Shown: in pieces, positions 62,981 through 64,000 of the stretch
Layout: every line of letters begins with the position of its first letter
Numbering within the stretch: position 1 is the stretch's first letter
DNA from: Owenia fusiformis
Lineage: Eukaryota
Assembly (NCBI GenBank): GCA_903813345.2
Contig: CAIIXF020000001.1
Location: 33,666,001-33,730,000 of the forward strand
Direction of reading: 5' to 3'
DNA: 64,000 bases
Translations under genes and position numbers: made by a program
The notes under the pieces: generated by a model
Database searches by the model: none
Seen by the model: the letters and a program-made list of their open reading frames with translations, nothing else
Told to the model about the DNA's origin: nothing

Positions 62981-64000
62981 ATGTATGTAGTCAAAAGCTG
63001 GAAAAAAAAGAAAAATTCTCTGATTTCAAATCAATTTCAGAGCCTGAGATTCAAGAGGTTAAATACCAGACACTTTGTTAAAGTAGAACTTTCAAATAAG
63101 TGATAGAAGTTGTATGTATGTACAACATATGTGCAACATATGTCCACTTAAGATTTCAAAGCTCTTTGAATTACAGTTTTGGGCTTTTGCTCTGTAACAT
63201 TTGATAAAAAGTAGGACTTCTCTTGTACAAAGTCAATGGCAGGTTTTGTGATTGACAAGTTTCTCAAATTTGTCCTTATACTTCATTATTTCTTGAGATG
63301 AATTAAATTGTAATAAGATTGAAGCATTCTCTACATATTGCTTAATATATGTCAGTATTAAAAAAGGTAAAAAATAGGTTATTTTTCAACTTCAATTTGA
63401 CTAAAGGTCCATGTGCAGTATGGCAAGTGATTTTAGACAGTCATATCTTTCACCATGAGTACTTTCTGGCCATAAAAACAATTGTTTTTATTAAAACAAT
63501 ATGTTTTCTTTCAAGTGAAGTCCCCATGATAGTAAAATATCAATCCAACTCTCTGAAAAATTATGATCTTGCTTTTCTCAGTTTAAACATATCAAAAGTT
63601 TCTTCTAGACTATACGAACAATTTCTGAAAAGGGGATGCGTATTGAAATGCGTTAAGGTTAAAAACCACATATCCCATGTTATTATGCACCTCATTAAAA
63701 TACTCAAATCTGATTGGTTCTTAGTTGCTTGTAATTTGGCAATACTCTGCTCTTTTCTGAAAACTGCCGGATATTTTTTTAATATCTGACCCTTTCGAGA
63801 AAAAGGGTCGGATATTTTTTTCAATGTTTTTGCAACATTCCCACTTCAGAGTTTTATTTCTTAATAACTAGAGTACTACTTAAAACTTACATCTGAAACT
63901 GGCGGAAAATAGAAGAAAAAAATGCACTTAATCAATCACAATTACCCTTATCATTCAAAAGTTACATATAATTCTGTAAGAACGTCTCGAATAAATAAAA

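Larger units (their letters stand above)
59922..63058. mobile_element. piggyBac-like MITE (about 190 bp without the LINE)
   Basis: TTAA duplicated (59918-59921, 63059-63062); short termini cctctt / aagagg. Confidence 0.65.
59833..63405 (+). mobile_element. HINE family 3, partial, interrupted at TTAA
   Basis: ggctcacatagtgagcc start; aaaagtcaa.ttttct|taaatac.agacactttg is contiguous in the 55300-55340 copy. Confidence 0.8.

Noticed and set aside
56877..64000. Next PDE4 exon (LR2/catalytic domain)
   Set aside because: No recognisable PDE4 sequence found; the gene presumably continues beyond the window

Overview
AT-rich, intron-dominated animal (invertebrate) genomic DNA; nothing prokaryotic, no CRISPR, no rRNA. 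The only recognisable host gene is four internal + strand exons (469-570, 40331-40422, 47844-47956, 56783-56876) of a long-form cAMP phosphodiesterase PDE4/dunce (UCR1 C-half, LR1, UCR2 in two exons). They have phase-compatible GT-AG junctions and introns of about 39.8, 7.4, 8.8 and >7 kb. The introns are largely nested mobile DNA: (1) a 10.5-kb CMC/EnSpm(CACTA)-like element (17649-28129) with 119-bp and 190-bp ACGT-rich subterminal arrays and an apparent internal spliced transcription unit; (2) several Mutator-like elements with 9-bp TSDs; (3) a CAG-terminated MITE family with 6-bp TSDs; (4) Tc1/pogo (TA) and piggyBac-like (TTAA) MITEs; (5) at least five Helentron-associated (HINE/DINE-1-like) families with internal tandem repeats; (6) three antisense retroposon insertions with TSDs, including a 5'-truncated LINE with an uninterrupted RT frame. 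Superfamily assignments rest on termini and TSD length only, because no transposase is present. I see no firm evidence of a wholly new biological system. The best leads are the CACTA-like element with its cargo and two candidate short-isoform starts for PDE4.
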